The notes: generated by a model not told the origin, from the sequence alone. 64,000 bases of DNA from Pseudovirgaria hyperparasitica (GCA_010093815.1 ML996569.1), one strand, 5' to 3'. Positions 46,109 to 60,710 are shown, counted from the first letter of the stretch. Numbers and translations are program-made.

Positions 46109-46646
46109 ATGTATGGCTTTACTATTAGCATTTCATTCTTCTCACTTGTTTTCTTCTATCCTGTAACATCTTTACCAAACCTAAGGGATTCCTATAACCC
46201 TGATAACGCAATGCTGAACTTATCCGCACGGCAAGCAAATAATCTTCAGACCTTTGATCAAGCCCTCGGCGGAGCAAAGGCGCCAGCAATTACGCAAAGT
46301 GGAGACTATCAACGTCCATACACTGTCGACGGAGTCCTTTTCGCTGATCTTGGATCTGCGACACGGCGCAGCTGTGACACGCAGTTCAACGCTTGCGCTG
46401 GAATTGTGAACGCGGCTGGAAACAACAAGGGATCTTTCAGTGTGACCGATTGTGATGCTCAGAGAAGTAAGGAGTTAAAACGATGCAATTGCATGACACT
46501 TGAGATCTAGCGACTAACGACGATGTCCAGGTGCCTGCACCACTGGCAAATCACAATCAGAAGATCCGCCGTCTACTATTGGATTTACGGAGAATCTAGG
46601 ACCAGACCCTCAATTTCCGGACTTTGATCTTATATGTGATGCTTGA
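46109..46646 (+). CDS. Small secreted Cys-containing protein
   Basis: Exons 46109-46466 and 46531-46646 (GTAAGG..CTAAC..CAG). Signal peptide, NLQTFDQALGG..APAITQSGD..RPY..DG..F...RSCD.QFNACA motif recalled from fungal secreted proteins, and C-terminus DPQFPDFDLICDA. Confidence 0.82.
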
Positions 46647-47635
46647 GTTGATGTCAATAGCAACAACACCATGTCGATGGTATATATGCTTAAGTTTTTG
46701 TACAGCATGGTTTTACTAGCATCTCATTGAGTATATAAAGGATCTGTACTAAAAGGCTTTGTATAAGAAGATTATGGATTTGAGACCCTTTTAATCTACC
46801 TAGACAATCATGGTAATTTAAATTGAATATTAAATTTCAGACACGCCGACGCAAGAGATCTACTAACTATGCCATAAAAACCCCTTCTCATAGGATATGG
46901 GTGCAGTATGCACTTATATGCTGGCTGATCCTAAAGCGCATTTCTCGTATATTAGCCTGTTGTTTGTTTGGCGGGGTGGGGGATGGGTTAAGACGCATAA
47001 AGACATAGTTCAGACCGGCGAGTGAAGATTGTGTTCTTCATGGCTCGTAAAGCCTATTAGACAAATATTGAAACCAGTGTAGATCATCATGAAGATAAAC
47101 AATGAAGCAACAATATACACAGATATAGATCCACTCACCTTCAATACAAATGACTTGTCAAAACTATGAGTATTGTGCTGGAAGTTTGGAATCAGTGTCA
47201 GATTGTCTTCCTTTATATACGTCTAACACGCAATACAGTAATACTCATTCTGAATCATTCTTTGCATACGAGACGCCCCGCTTTTCGAAACACTAAGATC
47301 ATTTGGGTAAGAGAGCTTGTACTGATAGAGGCAAGTCTGGTAGGGATGCCACACGTGACTACAGAACCGCAGGGTGCGGCGGGCGCTAGCCATCTACAGA
47401 TTAGACTGTTGTTCCTTGCTTGGGTCATAAACAATGGCTGATTCATGTACACAAACAACCTCACAGCTACCTCTCTTTACGAATACAAACACTCGCTAAG
47501 ACTTGCGCTTCTTTCCAATATCAATTCTTATCCATCACGGAATACTCCCCGGGTCTGCAAGACGGACTATTACTGCAATCTCGCCAATAGCGATCGACAC
47601 AGGCGGGCAATTTTCCTACTTCAGAAATAGGGACA

Positions 47636-49600
47636 ATGCCGCGCTTGACCCGCGCGCAGCGCGCCGCACAGGCTGAAGGTAGCGACACCATCCATATCGA
47701 CCACACAGCAACAGAACCAATTGAATCAGTAGACTCTATATCTGACGATCTCGAGCGCGCTCCCTTGAAGGAATTGGCAATCAACTTTGAAGAGGTTGCC
47801 GAGGAGATGCCCCCGAAGAAGAAAGCTGCCAAGGGCAAAGGCAAAGGACGCGGCAAGAAGACAAAGAAAGAGGAAGTTGTTGAGGAAGAGCAGATTGAAG
47901 AGGAACCTGAACCTGAAGATAGCGCTGAAATGCCAGGTGATCCTGAACAAGCTGTAGCTGGTACTGCTAGTGAAGGGTTTGAGGAAGAATTGCGAACAGA
48001 GCCGGAGCTACAAGGTGTGTCCCGGCCGTTCTCCACTGACAGTCACAATTTTCAATGCTGACCTATGATTCTAGTCACAGCTCAGATGAGCGTTGAAGAA
48101 ACACCAGCGCCACCTTCAGTGCGTGCTACGCGCAAGACCAGACGCCAACTAGCTATGGAGGCCGAAGTCGAGAAACAAGAACCACAGCCCGAGCCCACGA
48201 AGAACGAAATGAACCAGTCTGATGCATCGGAGGAACATACTCCCGAGGTTCCTGCTATAGTACCTGTCATTGAGGTTCCTACGACAGAAACTCCTATTGC
48301 CAACTCCCCTGAATATCCAGTCCAGGAAGACTCGCCAGAGGAAGAATTGTCACCAAGCCATCAAATCAAGATGTCCTTGACACCGATTAAGGTTCCTTCA
48401 TCGGATGTTTCTAGCCGCAGCGGCTCTCTATCACCATCGCGTAAATCGCCCGGTACCATAGAGGCTCTTGACGCTCTCGAGGACGCGATGGAGGACATCA
48501 CTAAAGCACTCACGCCTAATAAGACTCGATCCGCACCCAAAGTAAAGGTTAATGGTCATACCCCGACTACGAGTGACTCGTCCATCGAGGCTCCAATTCC
48601 AGCCCCAAAGGTGTCACGAACACCCCGCGCTGCTAGATCGCTTAAGGAGAATGTGCCACCAAAGTCAGCAGCAAAGAAGACTGTTCCAGCAATAGTTTCC
48701 AAGCCTGTAGTACCCCGTCCACAGAAGAACATCACAAGTAAACCTCCAGCCTCCAGCAATCCGAAACCGAAGGGAACAGGAGAAGTCGTAGATTACCTTG
48801 CATCAAAACGTCGGCCCGTAAGCGTGTCATTCCCAACACCTCCTCCTCTAGCCAAATCCACCAGAGCCCCCACCAAAGCATCTTTCACATTACCTGGTGA
48901 AGCTGTTGCAGCGAAATTAAAAGCTGCCCGAGAAGCACGTCTTCAGAAGGACGCTGCCGAAGGAGAGAAGGCCGCCCAGAAGAAGCCTGTCGTCAAAGCA
49001 CGACCCATCCCTAAAGCTGCTGGCCAGGCCCCTGTAGTCAAGCAAACAGCAGCCAGTAGAGCACGAGAAGCCGCTATCAATGGAACCGTACCTAATGTCC
49101 AAGCTCCAAAGCGCAACTCTTCTATGGACATCACGGCAGCTTCTAAAAGGATATCTCTAGCTACGTCGAGGACTCGGCCGGCGTCAGTACATATCGGCTC
49201 ATTGACCAAGAAGGACACGCCTGGCATCACAATCCCGCCACCAGCACCCTCAAGCAATACAATGCCTAAAGCCCGCGTGCCATCCACACACGCTCCATCC
49301 GTAATTTGCAAACCTGCTCGCGTCCCAAGCAACTCTAAGCCTTCGGCCGTTGGCCCAGTCACCGGTGCACCGGTATCTGCCGCCGAAGCCGCGGCCCAGC
49401 GCGTCAAGGGCAGAGAAGTGTTCAACAGAGATCGACAGGAAAAGGAGGAGCGCGAACGCGAGAAGAGAGAAAAGGAGGAGGCCGCGAAGAAGGCTAGAGC
49501 AGAGGCGGCCGAGCGCGGCCGAATCGCGAGTAGGGAGTGGGCCGAGAAGCAGAAAAAGAGAGCTGAGAGCGCCGTGGCGGGTCAGGCTGCGGCTGTGTGA
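47636..49600 (+). CDS. Disordered protein with acidic N-terminus, basic Pro-rich middle and C-terminal coiled coil; function unknown
   Basis: Exons 47636-48014 and 48075-49600 (GTGTGT..CTGAC..TAG) splice in frame. Motifs RAPLKELAIN, FTLPGEAVAAKLKAAREAR and AAKKARAEAAERGRIASREWAEKQ. Confidence 0.82.
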
Positions 49601-52600
49601 GCCCGGCTTGCTGGCTTTTTTTTTTTGAAAGGGGTCGAAAGATGTGATGGGTGTTGGTTTTTGAAGTATGTGCGCGTGTGCGTGTGCCTGTGCTTTTGCA
49701 GTCGCGTTGGCGTGTGGGTCGGGTTTGGTGTATGTGTATACAATGCGTTCTGGAGTTTTCTCACTTCGACATTGAGCCCAAGTGCGGCGTGGTTTTTTGG
49801 ATCACACCATTTGTCCTTGTACCTTTTAAGGGGTTTATCATACCAACCAATTCATACTTCTTGCTCTCGCAATTTGGATCCTGTCACGCTTGTTTGGCAC
49901 TTGTTGAGGTTCCGATATTTCTCTCGCGGGGTTTTAATCACTCAACATAGAGGGATTATAGCCCAATATGGAAGTGACAAATTCGTTGATGGGTATGAAA
50001 ATTTGTTATTGCAGTCATCGAGAACATTCTTTGCGTTGACGGCCATGTGCTCCGAGACACAGGCTGCGCAACTTGAAGTACATGCTGTGCGGAGTTCAGA
50101 TTCTATCTACAAGTTTCTCGGCATAACTTTGTTTCTTTGGATACAGATTTCTTTACCTATAGTATGGGAGATGCAGCTTGAATCATTATACCGTAACTCT
50201 GAATATGTACCTGAATCTTTGTATATTATGATATAGAATCATGATTCAATTTTGAGTTCTATCTTCTACTGTGTCTCTCGGTTGGATAATGGAGAATCAT
50301 GTTATATTGGCGATACGGTGACTTGTTATACCACCAGTGGTAAGACTTTACGCTGGAAAATGGTTGGAGATTAGGTGCTTTAAGTCGTCCGTGGACGTAG
50401 ATGAAGTAGCGGTGCCTCCTACTCACTCACCCACCTATGCTGGTCCCGTGAAAAACAGTAGTCTAGACGTGAAGACCGTGTGGCTTTAGCATTAGGAGCT
50501 CACCGCCGGCTGTATGTAGACAGATAGACAGACAGACTCACTGACCGGCGTATATCGTGCATAACACGTCCTTTGAAGGCTCGTCTAGGTCACCGGTCTT
50601 AGTGTGAAATGTGGAATGAAGCATCCATCCCAAAAACGCGAGATAAGCTTCTTTTGGGAGTGGAACCCATTCAAGTAAGTACTATGTAGGAAGGTGTAGT
50701 GACTGGAGGACTTAGGAGCAGCGAAGCTTCTTTCAGAGTCAGTAGGGAGGGTAAGGGGCGTCTACAGAGGGTGGAAGAGGGACAAGCGTAGTATAGACGT
50801 GCCTCATGTTCTGTCTGGCTGTAAAAGTGGAATAAAAGGAGGCGTTATGGTACGGGGTGTATGACGGACTTGTGACAATATACTTCAGCTATGACGCGCG
50901 TGAGGTATAGGAAGAACATGGATGAGACAGCGAACGCCAACAAGAGCAGTTTCGAGAAGAAGCCCCCCCCTCCGTGTGGGGGTACGAGGATATTAGACAT
51001 ACGAGGTAGATGCCAAGATAGCTGGAATCGATGACAAGTGGAAGAAAATGACTATGACAGAAAGAAGGAAATAGCGAAAAGAAGGATGGAATAGAGCACA
51101 TGCAGATCGCGACTCCTTCGTTCGTTCCGTGGAGAATACCGTCCTGGGCTCAACCTCGCATGTAGTTGGTATACGAGCGCTTTTTACTTCCTTGCGACCT
51201 GAAATTCGTCATTCTTGAGCTGTAGGTCATTCTTCGACCGCGTTCGAGACCTTATGAGTAGGTGCCAGATGTGTAGCTCGACCACCACCGCCGTAGCCAA
51301 CGAGCAAGCCTTAGATGAGAGACTATGTATGATCCGGTGTATGCAAGGCCTGTTAAGAGCGCTTTTGTTTGATGTGGACCTTACCTATTAACTCAAAGCC
51401 GACAGCTGCTACAAATTTGAAATACCGCCCAAGTCTTCTTTTTTAATAATCCTTCACACGTAAGTGGTCGTAATTAAATGGGGACTCAAAGACACACACT
51501 GAAGATCTATGCCCAACCATCAAAAAAGTAATGTGTCTTCTTGTTGCTCTGCACAAATTTTTCTTCTTCTTCTTCTCTAAATGGCGCGCACGAAAGACGC
51601 TACCCCAGATGTTGGCACATGCGCGGAGGAGTGCATTGTTATGCTGTCAAGGGGGCTTTGGAATGGGGGAGCATGTCATTTGCCGGCCCGGGGAAGTCGG
51701 GACGCGCCCGTTCGCCCAAGGGTGTTGTTCAAGCAGGAAGCAGAAACACACATCTCGTATGGACGAGGTCGAACACTTGGCGGTAGTCCACGGTTCGCGG
51801 GGCGGCTCATGTAGACCCTGGCACCCATGCTGTTTAATCTAAGTCTACATAACCGATGTTTGAGAATTTGAAATGTAGGCAGCGGCAGTAAGGGCAGGGC
51901 GCATTGGCTGATCGAGTCCTCCCCGTTCACGGACCCATTGATAAGAAGAGGCTGCCGAAGATGTTTTGATGAAAATGCTTGTGCGAAAAAAACCGGGAGA
52001 AGCGACGAAAGGGCGGCGTCTCGCCAAACTGCACAGACCGTGTTGTTGGGAAGAAATGGTTGGCGCATGCAGCACTGCCATGGTGAGTGAGCCTCTGAAA
52101 TCTAAACGAATGTGCAGGAGCTAGACAGCCCGTAGATGTCCTGACAGTGTTGATACGCTGCCAAACAATGCCTTGTTTTCCATATCTTGCATTGCTAGGC
52201 CGGCATCGATAATGGGCGATGGCACGAGCAGATAGCCGTCTCGACTGTATGCGGCTGGCCAGAAGCGACGCGGGCATACGAAGGTGGGTCTTGGGGGGTG
52301 AAGATAAGAAGTATGTCTTAGGATCGTTGAGTCACCGTGAATGGATGCAGATTATTGTCAAAACTCAGAGCCATCCTGCGACATCTCAGGAATACTCCTA
52401 GCCTAACCCATTAGGGTACTCTAGATCATCTTAACACTTGAGTAATTCAATCCATCGTTGGATGGTGCACTAGCGGGCCGCTTGCGTCTCCCTCCCGTCT
52501 GGGGTAGAGCTTGTAGACTGGGATGAAGGGTAGCGGCTAGACTCGACGTAGCATGCTGCACATATCACGTTTGTAGCAGGCTATAATTAATAGCGAAGAT

Positions 52601-54852
52601 GTCAATATTGAGATCCAGTGGATTCGGCACTCTAACTCGGTATGAAGAGGAAGCTACTACAAGTCTGGCCTGACCGAATCCTATGGCACCTCGAGTACCA
52701 GAGTATTGCCGTCGATGACAGTTGTCCCCACCTTCGACTCGAAGATATGCATCATTTCGGTGTGCGATTCGTCCACGGCAACACTGCTTTGTGCAAGCTG
52801 CGCCCAGTTCATATGTTGGTCTCCTTGGTGATCTCTAAGACCTATATAGCATAGCCTTCCAATCGCAGCTGTCCTTACCAAAGCAACATATGTTTGGATG
52901 AGTACAGGCAGGAGAACAGTCGTGCACACATTACTCTATAACGCCGTATGTGCATCTTCGATTCCGTGCATGTACATAGTACAGGCAAGCGTCACCATCG
53001 CGCTTGAGACTGCCTGAGCAGATTCTCTTGAAGCAAAGCTCGGCGGAAAGCGTTCGAGCTAGCATCCATGTCCATGTCCATAGTGTTGCTATGACTGGTC
53101 ATCAATTTTTCTCCTTTGCCCTGGCTCCACTCGCTCTCCCGTTCGCTTCCGCCGTTTCTTGTACCAAATAAAGAATGATATCTAAGTGGTCCATGTTCAG
53201 GCCTATTCTAGCTATGTATAGCGTAAAGGATGAGCATCTCGCCACGTTTCGTTGGGCTCAATGAGACATTTCGACTATAGTAACCTCACATCAGCTCACC
53301 ATGTCGTGTTGCTCAAGATCATGCTCAACATTCCTAGAGCGTCGCGCCGTGCAAGGACCAAAGATGAGAGGCCTGCGAGGCTGGGAAATACAGTACCAAT
53401 CTCTATGCTGTGCAACATGATCGACCTCCATCAGAGCCGTTACCTAACACCGAGGAGCGAAAATTTTGATACCGTAGCATGTAGCGCATTTCCGGTGAAG
53501 CTTGAGCTGAGTTACGCAGAACGAGTCATAAAAAAAGTTTTTTTCAACGATGTGATGCTGATGTTCTCCGGTATTTCTCCGGTATTCACGAACCCGACTT
53601 TTGACTTGTGTATCAATTACATTTCATCTTTTTCCCATAGAACCACTTGCTAGTCATCCCAAATCAAGATAGTTGATCAAATATGGCATAGTTATTGCGT
53701 TCCGGATGTCCTGAGGTCAAGTGAAAATGTCAATCGAGAGATTTTGTGAAGTCTTGTAAAAGTATTTGAATATACCAGGTACTGCACTATTGATGCCGAA
53801 GGAGCCTTAGACGCTATTGGACAATTCCGTGAACGGCGGAAGTAAAGATTGACATGTCTAACTCGTTCGAGCAAGGCTGGCTTTCTCCTCAAATGACAGG
53901 AATATGGCGCAACTCGCGCTGCCAAGGTGCGCTTTCGCTTCGAGTTTGGCACCCGAGCGGCGAGAACCGTAGTTGTGTTACCAGGGGGTTCTGGAGGTTA
54001 TGTATGTGTGGGCACAAAGCCGCAATATAACGAAGTGAATTCAAAGTCATCGGATTCAGACCAAAGGCAAGTTTTAAGATCGAGGTTATAATGCCAAACC
54101 TAATGAATAGAGAGCCCCAGGAAGGAACAGCATTGTTAGTCTATGGCGAGTGATCCACCTGAGACAAGCAAAGGCCAGGGGGACCCGAAGAGGGGTACAT
54201 CAGCCCATCCATGTACATCAACCCATGACCACTTTTAATAGTGGAGGAACGAATCGCATCATTGGGGCCGAGACGGCAGGGAATGTGACTCGTGTGGAGG
54301 AGCGCTCCGAGCTCTCATCAGGGTTTGCCGCCGCTGCCTTCGTCTTGACTTGCATTCGTTGAGTGAGCATGTTCACAAACTAGTGCTAATACGCCATCAT
54401 CTGGTCTATCTCGATACTACGAATCTCTATTTTTTTTTTGTAGTTTCTCCAAGCTCTCTGAGGGCTGAGATTGCCGTGGTGCACGTAAGGGTTATTGGGT
54501 CGGGTCTGGTAGTAGTAGGAATAGTCAGTATTAGAGCTCCAGGGTTCTGATTGAAGCTCGCACCGGTGAGTTCTCTTCTTGCTGCAGGTTTGAACGATTT
54601 TGGAAGCATCCAAGTGTAAGCCATAGGCGGATTCAACACACCAGTCCACAAGTACCTGGCCTGCTGCGTAGTTGTGCAATGAGCAATGACGCCCCCCCGC
54701 GCGGGCGAAGAAAGACTTTTGCAACCGTGATGGTCCGTGCGTGCTTGCACCCCTTGTCAATCCCTCTCCTCTCCCCATCAACCCACTAAGAGACTACGAC
54801 GACCAAGAGAAGGCCCCACTATTTACTAGCTCATGCGCCCTTCCCAAGCCTC

Positions 54853-54858
54853 TATAAA
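54853..54858 (+). promoter_or_regulatory. Putative TATA box of the Ecl1-family gene
   Basis: TATAAA about 120 bp upstream of ATG 54974, followed by a pyrimidine-rich leader. Confidence 0.45.
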
Positions 54859-54973
54859 CCACTCAACTACCCATCTCACACTCTTTCAAAAGCTCCAGAT
54901 CCCCACTCCTCTTACAACCTTTCTCGACTCGAACACCCGTCAATCTAGTCCTATCCTCAACTACCACTTCAAC

Positions 54974-55471
54974 ATGTCGACCGAAATGGATTGGTATCAT
55001 GACTACTGCCTCTCCTGCGATCGCCAGCTCTCCGAGGGCGCTTACTGCTCCCAGGCCTGCCGTCTAGCAGACCTCGAAAACACGAATTCAAACACGACGT
55101 CCGTTAATACTCACAATCACACTCACTCCGGCTTCTACCTCCCTCCTGCCGTCGACTTCGCTACCCACAGCCAATCCGCTGAGCGGAGCAAAGCATACTC
55201 CCAGCAATCGAGTCCTTCCACACACTACTACACATACTACTCTCCTCCATCGCCGACATGCTCCTCCTACAGCTCCACCTCTAGCTCTACCGCACAAACC
55301 TCACAGACTCAGGCAAAACGCCTCAGTGCTTCATCATCTCACTCGTCGTTATCGTCCGTATCGGGCAATCAGACTGCTCCAGGCCTCACACCTCAAGCTG
55401 CATCAGCGTTACAAGGCTATGTCAGTTCCTTTGACCAAGTTCGGGAGCACAAGCGACGATATCGATCCTAG
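54974..55471 (+). CDS. ECL1: Ecl1 (extender of chronological lifespan) family zinc-binding protein
   Basis: N-terminal YCLSCDRQ....AYCSQACRLADLE is the Ecl1 Cys motif, followed by a Ser-rich body and a C-terminal LQGYVSSFDQVR block. Confidence 0.85.
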   Translation: MSTEMDWYHDYCLSCDRQLSEGAYCSQACRLADLENTNSNTTSVNTHNHTHSGFYLPPAVDFATHSQSAERSKAYSQQSSPSTHYYTYYSPPSPTCSSYSSTSSSTAQTSQTQAKRLSASSSHSSLSSVSGNQTAPGLTPQAASALQGYVSSFDQVREHKRRYRS

Positions 55472-58400
55472 ATCCCGTACAAACGCTCTTACCTGACGAT
55501 CATCACGCACTTCATAACGACACACACGTTTCGCAAACTACTACTACACCGAACTCACCACTCCTGAAACACCGCTCATCCATCTCTTGTTTTTCTTGGG
55601 CGATCTTTACCTCTCAACACGAATTTCTATGTAGCGACTACCCTCTCATCATCATCATCGGTCCCGCATCGGGAATGTGTAACAAAAGCATTTCTTCTTG
55701 TGTGTCTACGGTTATCAAACATGCAAACCGAGCTATTCCATTCCGTTTTCTTTGTCACAATGTACGAAGGGCTTCAAACATGTCGAGGAATACCACTGTA
55801 ACGAGCATTGATTAGGAGTAGAGCGCAGTGGCGTCATGAAACTCCACGAAATGGATATTGGGAAGACTTGAGGATGGCGCGATCAGCATTTTCCTATGTC
55901 ACATCGACTCTCAAGTCGATCGATCTCCGGGCATCTTGAAGATATTGCCCTGCATGGGAAGGAGATCAAGTTGAGATCTGCCCTTGGGTCTCGACTCGGC
56001 ACGAGGACCTGTGGCTTGAGTCTACAAGGAATATGTACCTAGATAGAACGTTCTTGCTACGGAACAAAGTGTCCAAACGGACCTATAAATCCCTCGGGAT
56101 TCGCAGAATTGACTGTTTGGTCCCCGAAACCTAGCTTGTGCACTCGTCATCTTAAAAGGTTCCTTCCGCAGACTTCTTTCAGCTTCTGGTGACGACAAGC
56201 CATGTGTCGGAGCATGAGTCGTGATGCCCAGCGCGCAGAATCGCGCATCTACCTCAGAGTGCTTAAGCGATACATGCCAATACGAAACCCCATACTTTCG
56301 CAATTCAAGTTCGCAGCAATAGCAAGCAGCCAAGCTGGATAATAGTCCACACAATCTCCTAGCGGCAGCGGCAGGCACAGTCACGCGTGCGACCATAAGC
56401 AACCATCGGGATCATCTCGCACTGGCCGACGTGACCACAGACCTATCACACGCAGCGCAGCCTCGTCCAACACAGCCTGCTGGATGTCTTGGTTGTCACT
56501 CCACAGATCATCAATAGTACCGCCGAGCAGCCCGAGATCGCCAGCTTGCGAAAAGAAAAAGGCCTGCGCCTGCACTGTCTCTCCGCACGAGTCGTCCCCA
56601 GGCTCGCTGTGTGGCGCGTTCGTCCTCCCTCTCCCAGGACTTATCCCAGGGTACCTTTAGGAGGGGGGCCACTGGTGCTTGCTGGCACCAAACAAACCGC
56701 GTCCCGCTACGGGCGGACAGAGGCCCAAAGTTACCAGTCTTACGGATCGTCGGGGGGTGGTTCAGCACAACGCAAGCCAGGCCGTTTCGAACGCAGCTTG
56801 CGTCGAGTTTGCAGCCTGCGCTGCAATCACTCAAAAAATCTGGTCTGGAACATGATGAGCGACGACGATGGGCGCGAGCAAGTTTCACAACGCGCTGAAA
56901 AGCCGGTCGCGATCGCTGGACCGACAAGGTGCACCCAGACTTACGCCAACGACCGGTACTTTGCAAGCTACGCAAGCTACGACAACGCCCTGGCTGAGGT
57001 CACTTGCATGCAGTGCATCCATGGCGGCTCTTGGGGAAAGCGTGGTGGCGTGAGACTCGGCCCATGACGAGCGAGCGGCTGGTGGGTGGGGCGGTGATAG
57101 TGGTTTGGTGGTTGTGGTTGTGTTTAGCGAGTTTCGATTTAGCGAGGTTCCGTCACGTAACAGCTTAGGATTCGCCGTGGACTGTGGGCTGTTGCGTGCT
57201 CTGTGTGCAAAAGCCGCTGTGGATGAGAGATTATTATCATCATCATCACCGTTATTATACTTAATGTCCGGTGATAATCTTCCTATGGTGTTGCCACGGT
57301 GTGGCTCGACTTCCGACATCGGCTAGCGTATGCTTTGAAAGAGGCAGACGGGAACATGCCGACGTCGGAGGAGCTGTCGAAACGGTATCCAGTACAGTAC
57401 AGTACTCACTCTTAAGCATCTACTCAAAACGTGGACGTGGACCCTTTCTACGCTTGCTTGCATATCCAGCAATGAGCATCCATTGCTGCTAGGAGCTAAA
57501 AGCCGCTCGACACCACCATCAACGAAGGTTGTCTCATTCTGGACCCTTCTCTTTCCCTGAGTCTTTTTCCGTGTGGACCCTGATGGGCTGGTTTGTGAAC
57601 AGTTGCGGGTCTTCCTCCCACGAACATGCGAGCGAACCCATTGAGAACCATGTCAGTCTGGTATCCGCGAGGACTCCGCACACGCAAGATAGACATCTTA
57701 CAAGGATCAACGCTCCATACTTCGTGTCAGCGTGTGTGGTTGTATACATGTGCAGGTCTCAAAAGTCGCAACGGCGATCCATAGATCAACAGGCCGTGCT
57801 ATCGAGTCTCTGCACAACACGCATGCTCTTGATCACCGACATGACGGATGCCGCCCTCTATGCTTGCGACATCTGGCGCAGGCGTTATCGTCAATCCATA
57901 CCCGAACACTGTGATGGCTCACTTTGATATATGAATTGATATCGTGCCATCTTTCTCTTTGTCGCCGTGCCAATGGTGCCGTATAAAAGCGTCCTGGTGC
58001 CCCACCTACCCATGATGGACAGCCAGCCTGTGAGTCCCGAGTTGTGAATTCCACTGTGGTCTTGTCCAACAAGGTACAACAATGCACATGCTACGATGCT
58101 CGCATTATCAAGCATCACCATTCCATCACCTTGCATGGTAATCGTTACGCATATATTCTAGCGCCGCCGTCTCATCACTAACTCTGGCGCTGCGAAGCGT
58201 TTGCAGCGGTGCCAACGCAACGCCAGAAACAGGCTGCGTGCACAGCGCTGACAAGGGTACCTTATCAGTGCTAGGATACCTCCTGGGGCCATCTTATCCG
58301 TCCAACGATCAGACTCTCTACCCTGCGTCCATCAAGTCCGGATATCATTGTGATGCATCTCATTAAATGGCCCGCATGATCACTTAGCGATAGCTTTAAA

Positions 58401-60676
58401 CCCTTCTAATCGTCGATGGACCTGCACCTAGCATTCCCTCCTAACCGAATATTTCCCGGCCGTCCTCACTAATGAAGACTAAAAACGTTCCCAACTCTGG
58501 TACGCGCGGCACGCCTCGTCGAGCCGAAGACGGAAGTACATAGACGGCACAGTTTCCTTAGCTGAGAGCTGATAGCTTTCTGTGCCTGAGACTTGACCCT
58601 TGACAGCAAGTCTAGCAGATGACCAAGACCGCGTGCGCGCACTCAGCCTTACCAAGCGAGATGCTGACAGAGGCGCACGCCGACACGGTGAAGCTGATGA
58701 GACGCAGGTACCGGTTTGTCCTTGGTGGCTGTCCAGGTCATGGTATCTTGAATGTGTCAGTGAGCTTGCTTGCTTGCCTTGCTTATGCCTTGGCCGAAGC
58801 TGGCGCTCAGTAGGATTTTTTGAGATTTGCTCGTCGCTTGTCGCGGCATGAGTATTTTCTGAGCTACGATTCTTCGCCACCTCATCAATCATGTCGTACA
58901 GGCTAATCATAAGGCGAGGCTGGGATGTTGAGCTTGGAAGTGGATCTAGGCTTCAAGTAAGACGTTGGGCTTTTCTTGGATCATGGTCAAAAAAATTTCG
59001 CGTGGTAATTAGGCTGTGGGACCAGTCACCACCCTAGGAGCGACCCTCCGTTCGATCTAGCACCTGACTGCCGCCTGCATGTTACTCCTTGCAGTTCACG
59101 GAAAAGCTCATGAAGCATGGTCGTATTCTGCTCGAGTCAGGAATGCGCATTGATGAGTGTCGAGTCGAGATACAGCTGTTCGCATGGTGGAGAGGAACGA
59201 CTAATAAGTCGCAGCCGCAACACTAAGAGCGAGTCCAGGCTAAGCCTAATTAGGATAAAAACTTTCACGAGCTCTAATGCCATTGGAATTCCACATCGTT
59301 TATGTTCCCCATTCTTGTCGCAAAAATCTTCTGCTCTATGGATTGATTGAACTATAGATCATTTATTCAGGGAATAGCTATGTCTTTGGTCGTAAAACAA
59401 CAACCGTATGTAAGCGACCGTGGTGACATTTCGTTTGCCAGTTGACTAAAGATATCACGTCCGGACGACTTCAACTTCGTCTCGGGGAATGCCAACAAAG
59501 GACCTATTAAATCCACTGCTACCAATGAATCAGACACTGAGTACACAGAGGACATCATAATCAACAAAAGAAGAGCATCAGAGACTTTGACACCCCCCAA
59601 ACCCACGCCATTCACAGTCCAAGTAATCACTCCCCAAAACGCCGACAAAAAGCCAAAAATATTGGACAGGTAGGGAGTCGACCAATCGACCTAATGGCCC
59701 TGAGATAATTCACGGCTAATGCCAAGTGCTCCAGGAGTGGGCTTTTGGCTATTCCTGGAGGCTGACTTACTACCACAAGACCATACCCGCCCAATGGATG
59801 AAATCAGAGGAGTCGGGGGAACCTATATTTTGTCTTTTCGCAGTGAGGGTGGTGAATTTCTGGCGTGTGGCCTTTTTGCTGATCATGTGGTTTTGGGTGA
59901 CAAGGCAGCAGTGAATAACGAGTGACGTGTTGTTGTTGTTATTGTACTCTGTTCAGTCACGCGTTGAGTGCGGATGGGCTGGAGGCTGTTCACTATGGCT
60001 CCAGAATAGCAGTGCTTTGAGCCCATACGTTACAATTAGCTCAATTAATAGAAGTCACGCCCACGACACGAAATCTTTTCATTTTCCAGGCAAAGCTATA
60101 TGAACCGAGACATGTCCGCCAAGAACACGACTGTAAGTCAGACTTGACAATAGCTCAGAGATTGCCCCGTTGCGTGACCCAATACGCGGTGCGCAGTTAC
60201 TATATTCTAATACAACATCAAGAACAAAGAGCCGCACAGCCTCGCAACCAAGCGCACATCGCGAGCTGACAACATTACCTTCCTCTGAGCGACCCCGATG
60301 CTACCTCCTTATAGTCTTCTCTATCTCGAGTCCACGACCAGACGCGAACAACGATGGCCTCTCAGCTTCTGGAGCAGGTAAAGTGAAGAGTTGGTAAGCC
60401 CATGGAGTAGTAACAGTCCAGACGAACGCAAAAGACCTCCCACGTCCATCTACAAGCTCGAACAACTCATACGCAACAACGCCTGCGCTGTAAGCAGAGA
60501 GTTCAACACATGAACAACACAAATAACGCTCAACGCCTACAGCTCATGAACATGGTATACTGGAAGACACCAGAAGCTAAACGTATAACTCTTCTCGAAG
60601 GTTATCTCATCACATCTCCTGCGTCTCTGACTCTCGAAAGCTTGTCAGACCTAGTAAAGAGCTTCGACGTAGGGAG

Positions 60677-60710
60677 TAAGAATAAGAACAAGAACAAGAA
60701 CAAGAACAAG
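60677..60710 (+). repeat. (AAGAAC)n microsatellite
   Basis: taagaataagaacaagaacaagaacaagaacaag. Confidence 0.85.

Noticed and set aside
54833..54973. Upstream in-frame ATG for Ecl1
   Set aside because: It lies 5' of the TATAAA at 54853, and the family motif begins right after ATG 54974.
56489..57067. 192-aa GC-rich ORF and overlapping frames
   Set aside because: No motif, several frames open simply because of high GC, no credible splice structure.
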